A DNA stretch of 64,000 bases from Schizochytrium sp. TIO01 (lineage: Eukaryota > Protista > Bigyra: Labyrinthulomycetes): contig SMSO01000032.1 in assembly GCA_004764695.1 (NCBI GenBank), positions 6,666,483-6,730,482 of the forward strand, given 5' to 3'. The position numbers were made by a program, and so were the translations under genes. Below are positions 27,059 through 37,835 of this stretch, in pieces (within the stretch, counting starts at the first letter, position 1; each line of letters starts with the position of its first letter). The notes beneath the pieces were generated by a model. It worked only from the letters and a program-made list of their open reading frames with translations. It did no database searches and had not been told where the DNA came from.

Positions 27059-27525
27059 ATAAGTGACAATCATGATCAGAGAGAAATCCACGATGTGAGC
27101 GACGCGGAAGACTTAAGGGAATACTTGAAAGGTTTAAAATTGACTGACGGCAAAAGTAATAGAGTCATTTCAGATGTTCATGCAATCGATACTCTCGCCT
27201 TTATTATAACCAAAGAAGAATTGTATAATGAGTACATTGAATAGCTTCTTGATGTTTGTACACCCGCTCAGATTACTATGTTGATCAAGGCTCTTACAAT
27301 TAATCCATCAAAAAGAGGTTCAGCAAATTTCTTAGACACGAAGAAACTACGTACACACGTAACTAGACTTGCTTATTCGATTCGGTATCTAGCGCTTTTG
27401 AGACGTTTACTTGAGATTGGCAAACGTCATTGTTTTCGAATTTTGATTATTTGAGATGTAGTCAAACATCATTTCAAGGGAAGAAGTACAAGGCTAAAAT
27501 ACTTATTTCTCGAGTTAAAACCTAG
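27059..27525 (+). pseudogene. Decayed hypothetical ORF at the right edge of the viral block
   Basis: A frame from ATA 27059 to TGA 27454 has a single internal TAG (27242), and a second frame continues to TAG 27525. Protein-like composition but no recognised family. Confidence 0.45.
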
Positions 27526-27793
27526 CGCCCACTTTACATATTTCTGAAGGGGGATCTCTCGAACAACACTGTTGAGCGCAAACACACCAATAGCATTAAA
27601 AAATAGAAGATAAAAATATGTAGAATACCTGTTCTAGATGAAACCATGCCTCGGTCCAGAAATCTCCAAGACCCTTTAAATGATTTAATATAGGAATCTG
27701 CTTTAGTATGAACAGCTTTTTCCCCTTTTTGGCGCATATGTATCGCAAGTGTCATGGTAATTGCAGCTTGTACTATTCATCTTCAGACAGCTA

Positions 27794-28153
27794 TTATGTA
27801 GTCAGTTTGAGAAAAAGCAGAGTTCCAGCAATTGCAAGCCAGACAACCCAGAACAGCATGCACTGGCAAACATTAGGATCTATTACTTCTGCATTCTTTC
27901 TTCGCAATGATGGCTGTGATTGGACTTTGTGAGGTTCTCCTCCGTCTTCCTCTATGCCTGCGAGTGATGGTTCATTTGAAATTGCTAGAAGAGCTTTAGT
28001 CGATGAAATCGAATCTGGATCTGTGTTGTCTGGTGTCACTTTTGCTTCTTCTCCCTTTGGGGTTCTTGGGACCAGCGGATTGGCCACAGATAGAGAGGAA
28101 TGCATGTCCTCCATTTCGAGCTCGTCGAGCTTAGTAAACTCCTTTAGCGTCAT
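27794..28153 (-). CDS. Small tail-anchored membrane protein, unknown function (probably host)
   Basis: ATG at 28153 in ATCATG context, hydrophilic body, and a single C-terminal hydrophobic helix MLFWVVWLAIAGTLLFL. Confidence 0.6.
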   Translation of the reverse strand: MTLKEFTKLDELEMEDMHSSLSVANPLVPRTPKGEEAKVTPDNTDPDSISSTKALLAISNEPSLAGIEEDGGEPHKVQSQPSLRRKNAEVIDPNVCQCMLFWVVWLAIAGTLLFLKLTT

Positions 28154-29137
28154 GATGATCCACAAGTCTAATTTTTTTGAAGTATTGCTCAAGTCCTGAC
28201 CTCACTGCTTTGGAACGAAGCTTTATAGTGTGTTTGTACAAAGAAGCAGAACTACTTCACAACTGAGCTGAGAGCAAAGCTCTTCCTCGGCTTTCCCTCC
28301 ATTCAAGTGTAAAACGTGTCGATCCTAATGCTGCTACTGCCGCGGCATGCAGAAAATCGCAAAGACTTTGGTTTTCTCTCCAGATTTCGACGCACGGATT
28401 AAGCGCATAGGTAGGAAAACTGATAGCTATTATTAGAGACAAGACCATACTGGAATAGGTCTATTTATGGGTCTAACGGATCATTCAAATATTAATATTT
28501 AGGGAATTACGGGACGCATGTGATTGACTTCATGAGCGCGTGTTCAATCCCTGAGTACGAAACAGAGAAAAATTCTTAAGTTTTGAAATACTTAAAGCTG
28601 CAACGTCACCTCCGCCATGCAATGAAAACAAAAAGCAACGACTTATTACTTTGATTAATGTTATATATAATTATATGTATATCCTAGATTTAGAAACCTT
28701 ACCAGTTTAGTGGTATCTTTTACTCGAACGAAGCAGGTAATCTGTGGTTAGCATATTGATAGATACGTGGATAATGTATATATCTAGATAGATATTTGAA
28801 GCAAGCGTGATCAGTATTGAAGCCCAAGACGGAAGCTACCATCTCGATGTAATTGTCCGGAAATCCTAGTCTTGAACAGATAGAAATCATCCTCAGTATC
28901 AAAGTTGGAATTGACTACAATCATTACGAAACTGTATAATATTACTGCGCATGAAGGCAAACCTTAAGCTTGCACAGGAAATAATCTTGAGTCCAGGACA
29001 CACCGTAATTTGGCCCTGGCAGTTTTTATTTTCCATCATAACCTTGTTTAGAATTTCCAATTTGGATTCTTATTTGTTTGTTTATTTTATAAAAATAGCA
29101 ACTCCCTTGTTTGAGTTTTACCAAAAAGACAAACAGT

Positions 29138-31078
29138 TTAAAAGGGGTGCTTGGCAGGCAGGGTATGGTATTTCTGAAGATGTTTGCATTCTTTGCATTC
29201 GCTGGGTCGGAAAAGGTTGGGTTGGAAACCCGGACAGCTATCGCATGTTGTGCAGACTTTGTTTTTGAATTGAGTGAGATCCACAAGGCCATTGTCGGTA
29301 GTTGCGATTGTTTCTCCTGCAATTTTGGCTGCTCGAGCTTGTGCTTCGGCTGCGCGTTGTTGAAGGAGTTGCAGTTTGTATTCTTCTTCCTGTTGCTCAG
29401 CCTCCTCCTCCTCCTTACGTAACTTGACCTCTTCTTCTGTTTCGCCTACATACTTTGAAGTAGCGACGATGCTGAAGTTCCGTCCGCACGCAAAACTTAT
29501 TACATTGCCACGGCCGACTCGGTCCACAATAGTGTTAAACCCTGGAACAAATCCAGGAATCGGTGTATATTCACGCTCTTCGTCCTCCTCGTACTTGAGT
29601 TCCCTCGCAAGCTCTCCATAGGGATTACTTCCCCACGAATAAAGATCACCATCAATCGTAAGTGCCATGCAATGCGTAGGACCGCACTCGACTCGTGCGA
29701 ATAGTAAGCGCATGTCCATACAAACCTGTGATGCGGTCGGAGTTACACAGCATGTTGTGTCACCTTGGGCAAGCTGGCCATGGTAGCCCGAGCCCCATGT
29801 AAATAGCCATCCTCCATTGTAGCATGGAGGGACCTGGACAATTGCAGCAGTGTGCCAAAACCCCAGAGAAACATCAATAACAATTTCTTTAGCTAGTGAT
29901 TCAACGCGACAGGGTTCAACCCTGTCGCGATGGTCACCATGTCCAAGACGGCCACCATCTCCGGAACCCCAGGTATAAAGTCCCAAATTTGTAACCGCTG
30001 CAGAATGATTTGCAGAGCACGCGATACGGAGAACTTTAATGGAGTGAAAGACTGTAATTGGTGTGGGCGTTGGAAAATATTTGTTTGCAGGGGGTTTCAC
30101 GCCTTTTCGCTCGGTTGTACTGAGGCCGAGTTTGCCAGAGTTTGAGAATCCAAAACTCATAACGTCAGTATCCTGTTCAAGGAGAATCATTGAGTGGGTT
30201 TGTCCTACAGTCACTTGGTTAACCACCAGTCCAGTTTGAAGTGCCTCAACTAATACTGGGCTGTTTTCGATTGCTAATCGCCCGGTTCCACATTGACCTC
30301 GTGTACCATCTCCCCACATGTACAAGTCACCACCATCTGAAACAGCACCACAATGGTTTGGCCCAGCAGCAACTTGCACGATCCCTTCACCTTGTAGTGG
30401 TTCGATAAGGCGAGGTTCGGGCAGTCCATCTTCACCAACATCGCCAATCTCGCCAACTGTGTATTCAATCTCCCCGGATTCCTCCATTTGTTTCTTTCGC
30501 CTTCGAGCACGAGCGTCAAGAACCTTTTCTTCTTCAGCAGCTTTCACTTTTGCCATGTTTCCACCTGTTCCAACACCGCCCCATGTAAACACGTTGCCGT
30601 TTTCTGCCAATGCTATCGCTACATCACCACCTGCTGAGACCTGCTTGATACCTTTACCTCGAAGACGCTTCACGACGGTAAATATGAAACGTTCCTCACG
30701 ATCCCCGACACCAAGTTGGCCCTTGCGATTTACCCCGCACGTATAAACGCTACCTGACTCCTCCAAAGCAGCTTCTGCACGACGAGCAGCCTCAACCATT
30801 GCCAAATATTCAAGTTCCTCTTCTTTTTCTTCATGGACAGATTGTTGCAATCGCGCTTGTAGTGCACGCTTATTTCCCTTTGTACTGAGGCCTCGGGCTT
30901 CTAAAGCAGCACGAAGCTCGCGAATCCGTAAACGCTTGACATCAATATCGGCCCAATAATCTTCACCTTCATCCTCTTCATTATAAACTTTTGCGCTGCC
31001 ACGAATCGACGTCAAGCCTACGGCCAAGTCTGCCCTTTGATCGGCAAGGGTGCCAGGTTTCACCTGGTTGTTCGACAT
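29138..31078 (-). CDS. SAP domain + RCC1-repeat protein with C-terminal Cys/His cluster
   Basis: SAP motif ELRAALEARGLSTKGNKRALQARL, multiple YTWG/GQLG RCC1 blades, and terminal CTTCDSCPGF...CKECKH...H. Confidence 0.9.
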   Translation of the reverse strand: MSNNQVKPGTLADQRADLAVGLTSIRGSAKVYNEEDEGEDYWADIDVKRLRIRELRAALEARGLSTKGNKRALQARLQQSVHEEKEEELEYLAMVEAARRAEAALEESGSVYTCGVNRKGQLGVGDREERFIFTVVKRLRGKGIKQVSAGGDVAIALAENGNVFTWGGVGTGGNMAKVKAAEEEKVLDARARRRKKQMEESGEIEYTVGEIGDVGEDGLPEPRLIEPLQGEGIVQVAAGPNHCGAVSDGGDLYMWGDGTRGQCGTGRLAIENSPVLVEALQTGLVVNQVTVGQTHSMILLEQDTDVMSFGFSNSGKLGLSTTERKGVKPPANKYFPTPTPITVFHSIKVLRIACSANHSAAVTNLGLYTWGSGDGGRLGHGDHRDRVEPCRVESLAKEIVIDVSLGFWHTAAIVQVPPCYNGGWLFTWGSGYHGQLAQGDTTCCVTPTASQVCMDMRLLFARVECGPTHCMALTIDGDLYSWGSNPYGELARELKYEEDEEREYTPIPGFVPGFNTIVDRVGRGNVISFACGRNFSIVATSKYVGETEEEVKLRKEEEEAEQQEEEYKLQLLQQRAAEAQARAAKIAGETIATTDNGLVDLTQFKNKVCTTCDSCPGFQPNLFRPSECKECKHLQKYHTLPAKHPF

Positions 31079-33064
31079 CTTGGTCGCTCCTCAGTATCAA
31101 GATAATGAGTTCCTTACGTTAATAAATTAGTATGGAGCACTGTGGCTCAGATCCTCAGCTGTCAGGTTCCGTGCTCGATGTGGGCCGGAGGCCAACCAAC
31201 CACGCCCACCTATGGAGCCTCGCCAAATGTCACAAGACAAAAGAGGTGATTGGTTTCTTGTCATCGCTTAGCGATTTTTTATTGCTGCATAATAGTAAGA
31301 GCATATCACACACACTCTTATGCAGGGTCCGAGAAACCTCGCGCTACGTGCGCATTCCTTCCCACAATATTATGTTCTACTAGATCCTTAATTCTTCCCA
31401 TTTCTTCCCATTACTCTGAAAAAGGTGTGTACTCGATCTTTCCTCATAACGGATCTCTTAGCTGCAGGGGTTGATTTGAGGAGAAACGCAGATGCAGAGA
31501 AAGCTACAGGTTATAGAATCAATCAGGGCTCCAGGACAACAACATCAAACCCAACCTTGCTTAGCGGACGCAAGCGGAAAGCTCGGAGTTAGGGTTAAGC
31601 CTCATGTTTTAATGATGGTGCGTCTACTTGTAGTCGGAGCTCGTGATGGGCAGCTTAAAGCAGAACAGAAGAGCACAGATGAGTCATTAGCTCATAATGC
31701 TATACAGAGACCAGGCGAGGTCCAGCAGATTTTGGATACTGGTCCGCTCGATGCCTGCTCGGACCCCATGAAGACAGGCAGTTTTCTCTTTGCACTGTAC
31801 TCCTCGACAGCTACCGGGGTAGAGCAGGATCTCGAGAATATTAGAATAGGTCAATACAGTATTTTCTTTCAGATGGTGAAAAGTGAAGGCTCTTTAATAT
31901 GTGTTATATACCGTCAGAAGGTACACGAGCTATTTGGGTTAGCTACGTGCACACTATGTGCGAATTCTTGGAAAGCGAAAAAGAAGTTACCAAAATTAGA
32001 TTCACTTTACGAAGACGCATTAATGCTTGCGTCAGGGATCTCTTGGCTTGTTATTGGTCGACCACCTCGGCAAGAGATAAGACCATCAACATGTCACGGG
32101 TTTCTTCCGTTCAGTTGTTGTCACCCTAAAAGTATAGTTGTCCCTGGTAAGTGCGTCGCTTTCCCACCTGAAGATGCAACTGCACTGGCTACTCAAGAGT
32201 TTCTATTACAAAATCGGCCCTTGGTGTATGGTTCTGGAGCTATTCATCTAGCATCGGTTTCGATTGTAGTATCATCGGCTGATGCAGACATTGGGCTTAC
32301 CACAGTATGGCAAATCATGACAGGTGGCTTTTCATAGCTTTCGTTTGTGACTTGAATATCCAGAAGAATTCAAGATAAAGGTTTGCAGTAGGGATGATAT
32401 AATTGGAGTTCCAGTCGTTCGTGTTCGTGTATTCTTCTTAACCTCGTATTACAACAGAGCAAAACCTTCGTGAGTGCCTACATTACTAGGTTTGATGTCT
32501 TACTAGGTTCTATCTCCTCAACGTCGGGGCATGACACTAAAGAACAACTTTTCGAATGCATCTTATTCTCCTGTCACCAAAGAAAACTATTCTATTATTT
32601 GAACTACTAAATGATCATCTAAGTACTTTTATAAATTTTGTTCCACCTTCCTTCCATGAGTATCTTTTGGGTTTACCTTGTGAAGCTGTGGTTTTATTGG
32701 TACCTTCTACGACTCGGACGGTATTAGTAATTTTTAATTTTAAACATAAATTAATTAAAAAAATATATATAAAAAGGTGCGTTCACGAAGAACCTGGTCA
32801 TCAAAGGACCCCAAAGTGACACTTATGTAGAAGCGGCTCAACCACCGTCGCAACTTCTCGGTTCTCGAACTCCGAAGCGAAGCAAACTCCACTGTCCTTC
32901 GCCTGTGTTGGTTGGCTTTGACCATCGCCACTGCTGTAGCGTACGACTCCATCTTCTACGTTTGACGTGGTTGTGAAAGGCGAACGTTTTTCTTTCCTTA
33001 TTCTTGTCGGTCAGAAGAGCTTCGTTCCTTTTTTCTCACAACTGTTTGGACTTGGGCGGCTGTC

Positions 33065-34711
33065 ATGTCTGGAGTCATCGCGAGGCCTACCAACGGTGAT
33101 GTTGAAGATGATCAAACGATTTGGCGAGACACAGCTCTGAGTCAGCTCGAGCGCGTTGAGAGTACCTTACGGTGTCCAATCTGTCAAGACTTTATGCGAT
33201 CTCCGTGCAGCTTGAAGACCTGTGGACATGGGTTTTGTTCGGAATGTTTGCGGCGTGCCATTCAATTAAAAGGCGAGTGTCCAACATGCCGTACGCGCTG
33301 CTCTGCCACAGATCTCGTACCCAACAAAGTCGTACGTGCGGTGATCTCAAGCTTTATGAGCGAGCGCGCAGGTCTTTTGGAAATTGCTCGTCAGATGAAG
33401 GCATCATTCATGGCCCAAAATAGCCAAACATCAGTTGAACAGAAACTAGAAAATGATGACATTAAAGACAACGCTCGCGTAGAAAATAACAACGCTACAA
33501 AAAGTTTTTTAGATATCGGTTCTAGTTCAGACACGGTCACTGCCAGCAAAGGCCAGCCAGTTCAAAAGCAACGGCTGGCCAATATGAACTTTCACATTCT
33601 CAAAGATCGCAAAATTAAGGAGATTGCTGCGCAATACAAACTCTCAAATGCAGGCCCACGCGCAAAGTTGGTGCGTCGTATCAAAGAATACATTCTACTT
33701 TTCAACACTCTGGTGGATGGTGATGAGCCTATTACCGAGGTGGACTTGGCTCGGATCCGTCACAAGGTAGCAGCGATGGAGAGCATTTTAGATAAAAAAA
33801 GTGGCCCCAGTCTTGTTGGAGAAGGTGGTAAAAAGGGAACTTTGCCGCCTGTCATTCTGAATGATACTATTAAAGAATTATTTCGATCTCTTCGTCGTCA
33901 GGTAGTGGAGCGAGACAACATTAAAAGGCCAAAACGGAAGGGTGGAAAGAAGAAGAGAAAAGCGTGTAGTTCTTCGGAGAGACCAGAGGTAGAAAACAAG
34001 GGCGCTGTTGAAAATTCTTCAACTGTGCTTCAAGCAACAACAAAAGAAGAAACACCAATATCGATTAACGTATCAGATGGTACGCTGCAGCGGGGCCAAG
34101 TGAATAGGCTGGTTGCTTCGGTGATAGACTCGCCAAAACAGTTTGCTAAAGCCGATTCCGCTGGTGTGGAAGCATCCGATGAAGGTTCATCATCTTCCTC
34201 CACTAGCGTGGGTGAATTTTCTGCACCTGTTCCAAAGTCTCAGCGTAAACGCGTCTCTGCTAAGAATGAATCTAGCGGAGCAGTGTGGCGAAAGGTGGCA
34301 AGTGACCAGATCCCTGGGTTTATGATTCATTTCAATACGGCAACTCAAGAGGTTTTTCTGGAGCCTTGTTCTCAAAACACAACGATGCCAAGGGCATTGT
34401 CAAGAGCAGACATCAATTCATCTTCAAGTAACAAACCACATATTCCACCTGTAGAAGTTATTCATGAAGATGTAGTGAACTCCCACGATAATTTTGTTGA
34501 GGTTGTCGAGCTCCAAGGTCGGCCATCAAAGCGCCGAGCTTTAAAAACGCCTGCTGCGAACTCATCAACGACAGGATGGACTTGCCAAGCGTGCACGTAC
34601 TATAATCCAAGCGACCTTAAGTTGACATGTGAGGTTTGTGAGAAGGCGCGTAATCGTGCACCTTCTAGCAAACTCCCTGTAGATCTTTTGCGAAAAAAAA
34701 ATGCACTATGA
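33065..34711 (+). CDS. RAD18: RAD18 E3 ubiquitin ligase
   Basis: RING CPICQDF...CGHGFCSECLRR...CPTCR, Rad18-type SAP segment (LANMNFHILKDRKIKE...EYILLFN), and a C-terminal RanBP2/NZF finger. Confidence 0.88.
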   Translation: MSGVIARPTNGDVEDDQTIWRDTALSQLERVESTLRCPICQDFMRSPCSLKTCGHGFCSECLRRAIQLKGECPTCRTRCSATDLVPNKVVRAVISSFMSERAGLLEIARQMKASFMAQNSQTSVEQKLENDDIKDNARVENNNATKSFLDIGSSSDTVTASKGQPVQKQRLANMNFHILKDRKIKEIAAQYKLSNAGPRAKLVRRIKEYILLFNTLVDGDEPITEVDLARIRHKVAAMESILDKKSGPSLVGEGGKKGTLPPVILNDTIKELFRSLRRQVVERDNIKRPKRKGGKKKRKACSSSERPEVENKGAVENSSTVLQATTKEETPISINVSDGTLQRGQVNRLVASVIDSPKQFAKADSAGVEASDEGSSSSSTSVGEFSAPVPKSQRKRVSAKNESSGAVWRKVASDQIPGFMIHFNTATQEVFLEPCSQNTTMPRALSRADINSSSSNKPHIPPVEVIHEDVVNSHDNFVEVVELQGRPSKRRALKTPAANSSTTGWTCQACTYYNPSDLKLTCEVCEKARNRAPSSKLPVDLLRKKNAL

Positions 34712-35637
34712 TTCGAGTATTTGATTTTCTTCAAGGTGTGGCTTGATGATAATATGTGAAGATTTATTATTAAAATACTTATCAGTACATGAAACTTCAA
34801 GTAGCTCATCAGAATAATGAAACCATTCAAACAATCCATCAAGTATTTTAAAAGAAGAGTTCATTTCCCTTTATCTTCTCAGCATTATAGAAGTATTGTT
34901 CATTGAACAGGAGCTTGTCTCCTGGTACATGCACCCAGCCACACATCAGATACTAAATCAAATATCAACAACATCTAAAGCGCAACGCGGAGGTCGTTCT
35001 CAGGTTCTGTACCAAAGCGATGTACCTCTCAAAAATCTAATATTAGGTTATATGGAGTTTTCCTCTGATCACGAAGCACCTTTCAAGTAATACCCAAGCT
35101 CTGTTCCAAGTTGTGCTCCCTGGTACACCATTACTCATCAGTATGTAAAATCATTCAATGGAATGAGAAAAGGAGTGTGAGCGGCCGGGCGATAACTCAC
35201 AAGAGCATAGTCGTTTTTGAAATGCATAGCATGACAAAGTAGCACAATCAGTCGGTCGATGTCCGTAAGATCAAGTTTGCTGCTTTATCATGGGGGCAAC
35301 ATAAGTTCTAAAAAACAAATATCTAAGAAAAAGGTTCACCGATGAATCCTGTGGTTCTCGGATGCTTTATGGAGAAATTGGTTTTTGCGCGTAAGTATGT
35401 AGTCATATTTATTTTGTAGTACAAATGTGGTGTGATAATGGTTGTCGTGTGGCAGTATAGGGTGTGGTTTTGATTATTCTAATGCTGACATTAGTTGCTC
35501 GTCATAAATTGAAGGCCGAAGACGTCCATCCATACGAAGACTTCGTAACCTTTATAAAATCAATTTTACAGTAGTCGAGCACACGTTATCATGAATAGGG
35601 AAAAAAAAAGGAAGTAGAAGTGACGCGATGAAAGATC

Positions 35638-36456
35638 TTACAAGCCCTTGAGCTTGAGCTCGTCGCGCGGGCTCTTGCCACGGTAGCGGCTGGGTTCACG
35701 GTAGGTGCCGCCAATGCGGTCCCAGAAGGTGAAGTACTGACCGTGGTTATAGTTGAAAAAGAGGTGGTGGTCCTCGTGGTGTGCCTCGTCATTTACAACC
35801 TTGCGCAAGAAAGGGCCCATCTCAATTCCGGAGCCGTGAATGTAGACAGTCCAGATGTTGACCGCAGCAAAGGCAGCCAAAAAGAGGTACTTGTTGATTG
35901 GGTGCACGAACACGAAGAGGTGGTATGGGGAGCCCTGGAGAGCGCCATCGAGGGCAGTGAAGGCGTGGGAAGCGAAGGGGGTAGAGACAAGCCACTTGTG
36001 GTGTTGCTTGTGAACGTACTTGTAGACCCAACGGTGGTGGAGACCACGGTGGATCCAGTAGATGAGACAATCGTTCCACATGATGTATGCGAAGATACTC
36101 CAGACGTTAAAAAGCATACCGCGCTCGTTGATGTCGTCAAAGAGAAGAGACATGCCACGGACTTCAGCCAAGAAGAAGGGCACATACATGGCAGTCATGA
36201 CGGGGATGGCCTTGACAGTAGTCATAATCTCCATATAAATCTGGTTCTCTAAGAACTTCGGGTGCTGCATGAGTCGCTTATCAAAGAGAAACTCGTAGCT
36301 AAATCCTGCGCAGGTAAAGTACAGGATGTTGCCACCAATGGTGGTAATGATCCACAAGGTCAAGGCCTGGCGGTAGATATCATCCTCTGCCCACGTCTCT
36401 GGGTACACGTAGGGCGTGAAGAATTTTTCATCGCAGAACGCAAGTACGTCATCCAT
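35638..36456 (-). CDS. ERG3: Sterol C5-desaturase (lathosterol oxidase)
   Basis: His boxes HRGLH, HKQHH and HHEDHH; TPFASHAF; NHGQYFTFWDRIGGTY; strong codon bias. Confidence 0.95.
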   Translation of the reverse strand: MDDVLAFCDEKFFTPYVYPETWAEDDIYRQALTLWIITTIGGNILYFTCAGFSYEFLFDKRLMQHPKFLENQIYMEIMTTVKAIPVMTAMYVPFFLAEVRGMSLLFDDINERGMLFNVWSIFAYIMWNDCLIYWIHRGLHHRWVYKYVHKQHHKWLVSTPFASHAFTALDGALQGSPYHLFVFVHPINKYLFLAAFAAVNIWTVYIHGSGIEMGPFLRKVVNDEAHHEDHHLFFNYNHGQYFTFWDRIGGTYREPSRYRGKSPRDELKLKGL

Positions 36457-37792
36457 GGTGCCTAAACGAACAAGACTCTTACGACTCTCGCTCTACCCAC
36501 GGTCTGCTCGCTGGTCTTGTGCTCCAACGACAGTAACTAGGGAAGCTACTGCTATCGTTTGTCTCCAATTCAGGTTCTGCTGCCAACCTGAATCGTATGC
36601 AGTTTGCAGTTTTGTTTTTGTTTAGTTGTTTTGTTTGCTTGCCAAGTGTTTGTGTTACTTCTTTTTAATATTTTTTCTTTCTTTGTTGATTTGATTTCTT
36701 TGCTCGCGACGACGAGCGGTGATGGCGACTGACGGAGATCCGGTTGGGCCAATGCGAGCGGCGCTGGCGGGAGCTCCTGCTGGGCCTTTTGGCTGGTTGA
36801 AAGGTTGTCCGGGGCCGCCGGCAGTGTTCAGGTCGACCCGCTGTTCTCGTGCGAGGCAAGTTTCGCTCCTGGCTGTTACTGTCGTAGCTGCTCTCGTCGT
36901 GGCGCCATCTCCGAATGGATGCGCCTGAGCAGCGAGCACTCTTCGAAAAAGAAAAAATTAGAAAGAAACAAAGAAACAAAGAAAGAAAGACTCAAAGAAA
37001 GAAAGAAAGAAAGAAAGCTTTGTTTTGCTCAGTGTCTTGAAAAATTCGAGAGAAACCACCCGCTCAGGAGGGTGTAGGCACGCTCTAAATAAAATTGCCA
37101 AGGACGTCCACGATGTTCAAGTCCGGAGCAGATTTATCTAGCCGAGACGTGCCTCAGGACACCTTGGGCCGGACGTCGGACGGCGGGTTTTATTTAATTC
37201 GTTGCTTTCAATCTCACGGCTGTTTTTATTCTGGTTTCTGGCTAATCATAGCGCGGCAGCTACATCTTATCCTATCACAGCTCAGAGAGCATTTCGTAGA
37301 GGCAGGCCTCTTTCGTACCATGGTACGTTATATTTATGGAAATAAAACAAACAGCTAAACAGCCAAACAACTAAATGAACATAGACTTTCATTGTATGCA
37401 AGAAGTACATGTCTTATCGCTAATCGCCGCTGATTCCAGGAGGACCAGAGAAAGGTAGAGTAAGAAAAGGAAGGAAACTAAAACTGTCATCATCATCATC
37501 ATCATTCATTAATTTATAATTTTAAAGATAAATAAATATAAATAAAAAGACACCAAAGCCAAAAGTTCTTCCTCACGGACAGATGGATGGAGTCCGAGAT
37601 GGTGGTGATGGTGCTTTGATCTTCATGCGTATGCAGACTGTGGATTTTTCAGCTGCCTGCGTGCTTGCCGACTTGCTCACAAACCTAACCTACGTCCGCG
37701 ATGTGTTTGCCCTCTTCTCCTCTAGACCACCTCGGAGAAAGGATGGTCACTTGCGAAAGAGGAACTCAGAGCCGCCATTTTTTAATTTTCAT

Positions 37793-37835
37793 AAAACAAA
37801 ACAAAACAAAACAAAACAAAACAAAACAAAACAAA
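37793..37835. repeat. (AAAAC)n microsatellite
   Basis: Directly visible. Confidence 0.95.

Larger units (their letters stand above)
7960..27525. mobile_element. Endogenous large-DNA-virus fragment (mirusvirus/Nucleocytoviricota-like); boundaries approximate
   Basis: Abrupt shift to AT-richer, intronless genes with very short spacers. Contains divergent TBP, TFIIB, heliorhodopsin, DEDDh exonuclease and a viral-type endonuclease, several with nonsense or frameshift lesions. Ordinary host genes flank both sides. Confidence 0.8.

Noticed and set aside
7960-27525. Bacterial or archaeal contamination or HGT island
   Set aside because: No Shine-Dalgarno or operon pattern; eukaryote-type signal/PT-stalk proteins and AATAAA-like ends fit a eukaryotic virus better.
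31492-32337. 281-aa ORF between the RCC1 gene and RAD18
   Set aside because: No recognisable motif or host codon bias. It may be a decayed or chance ORF, so I left it uncalled.
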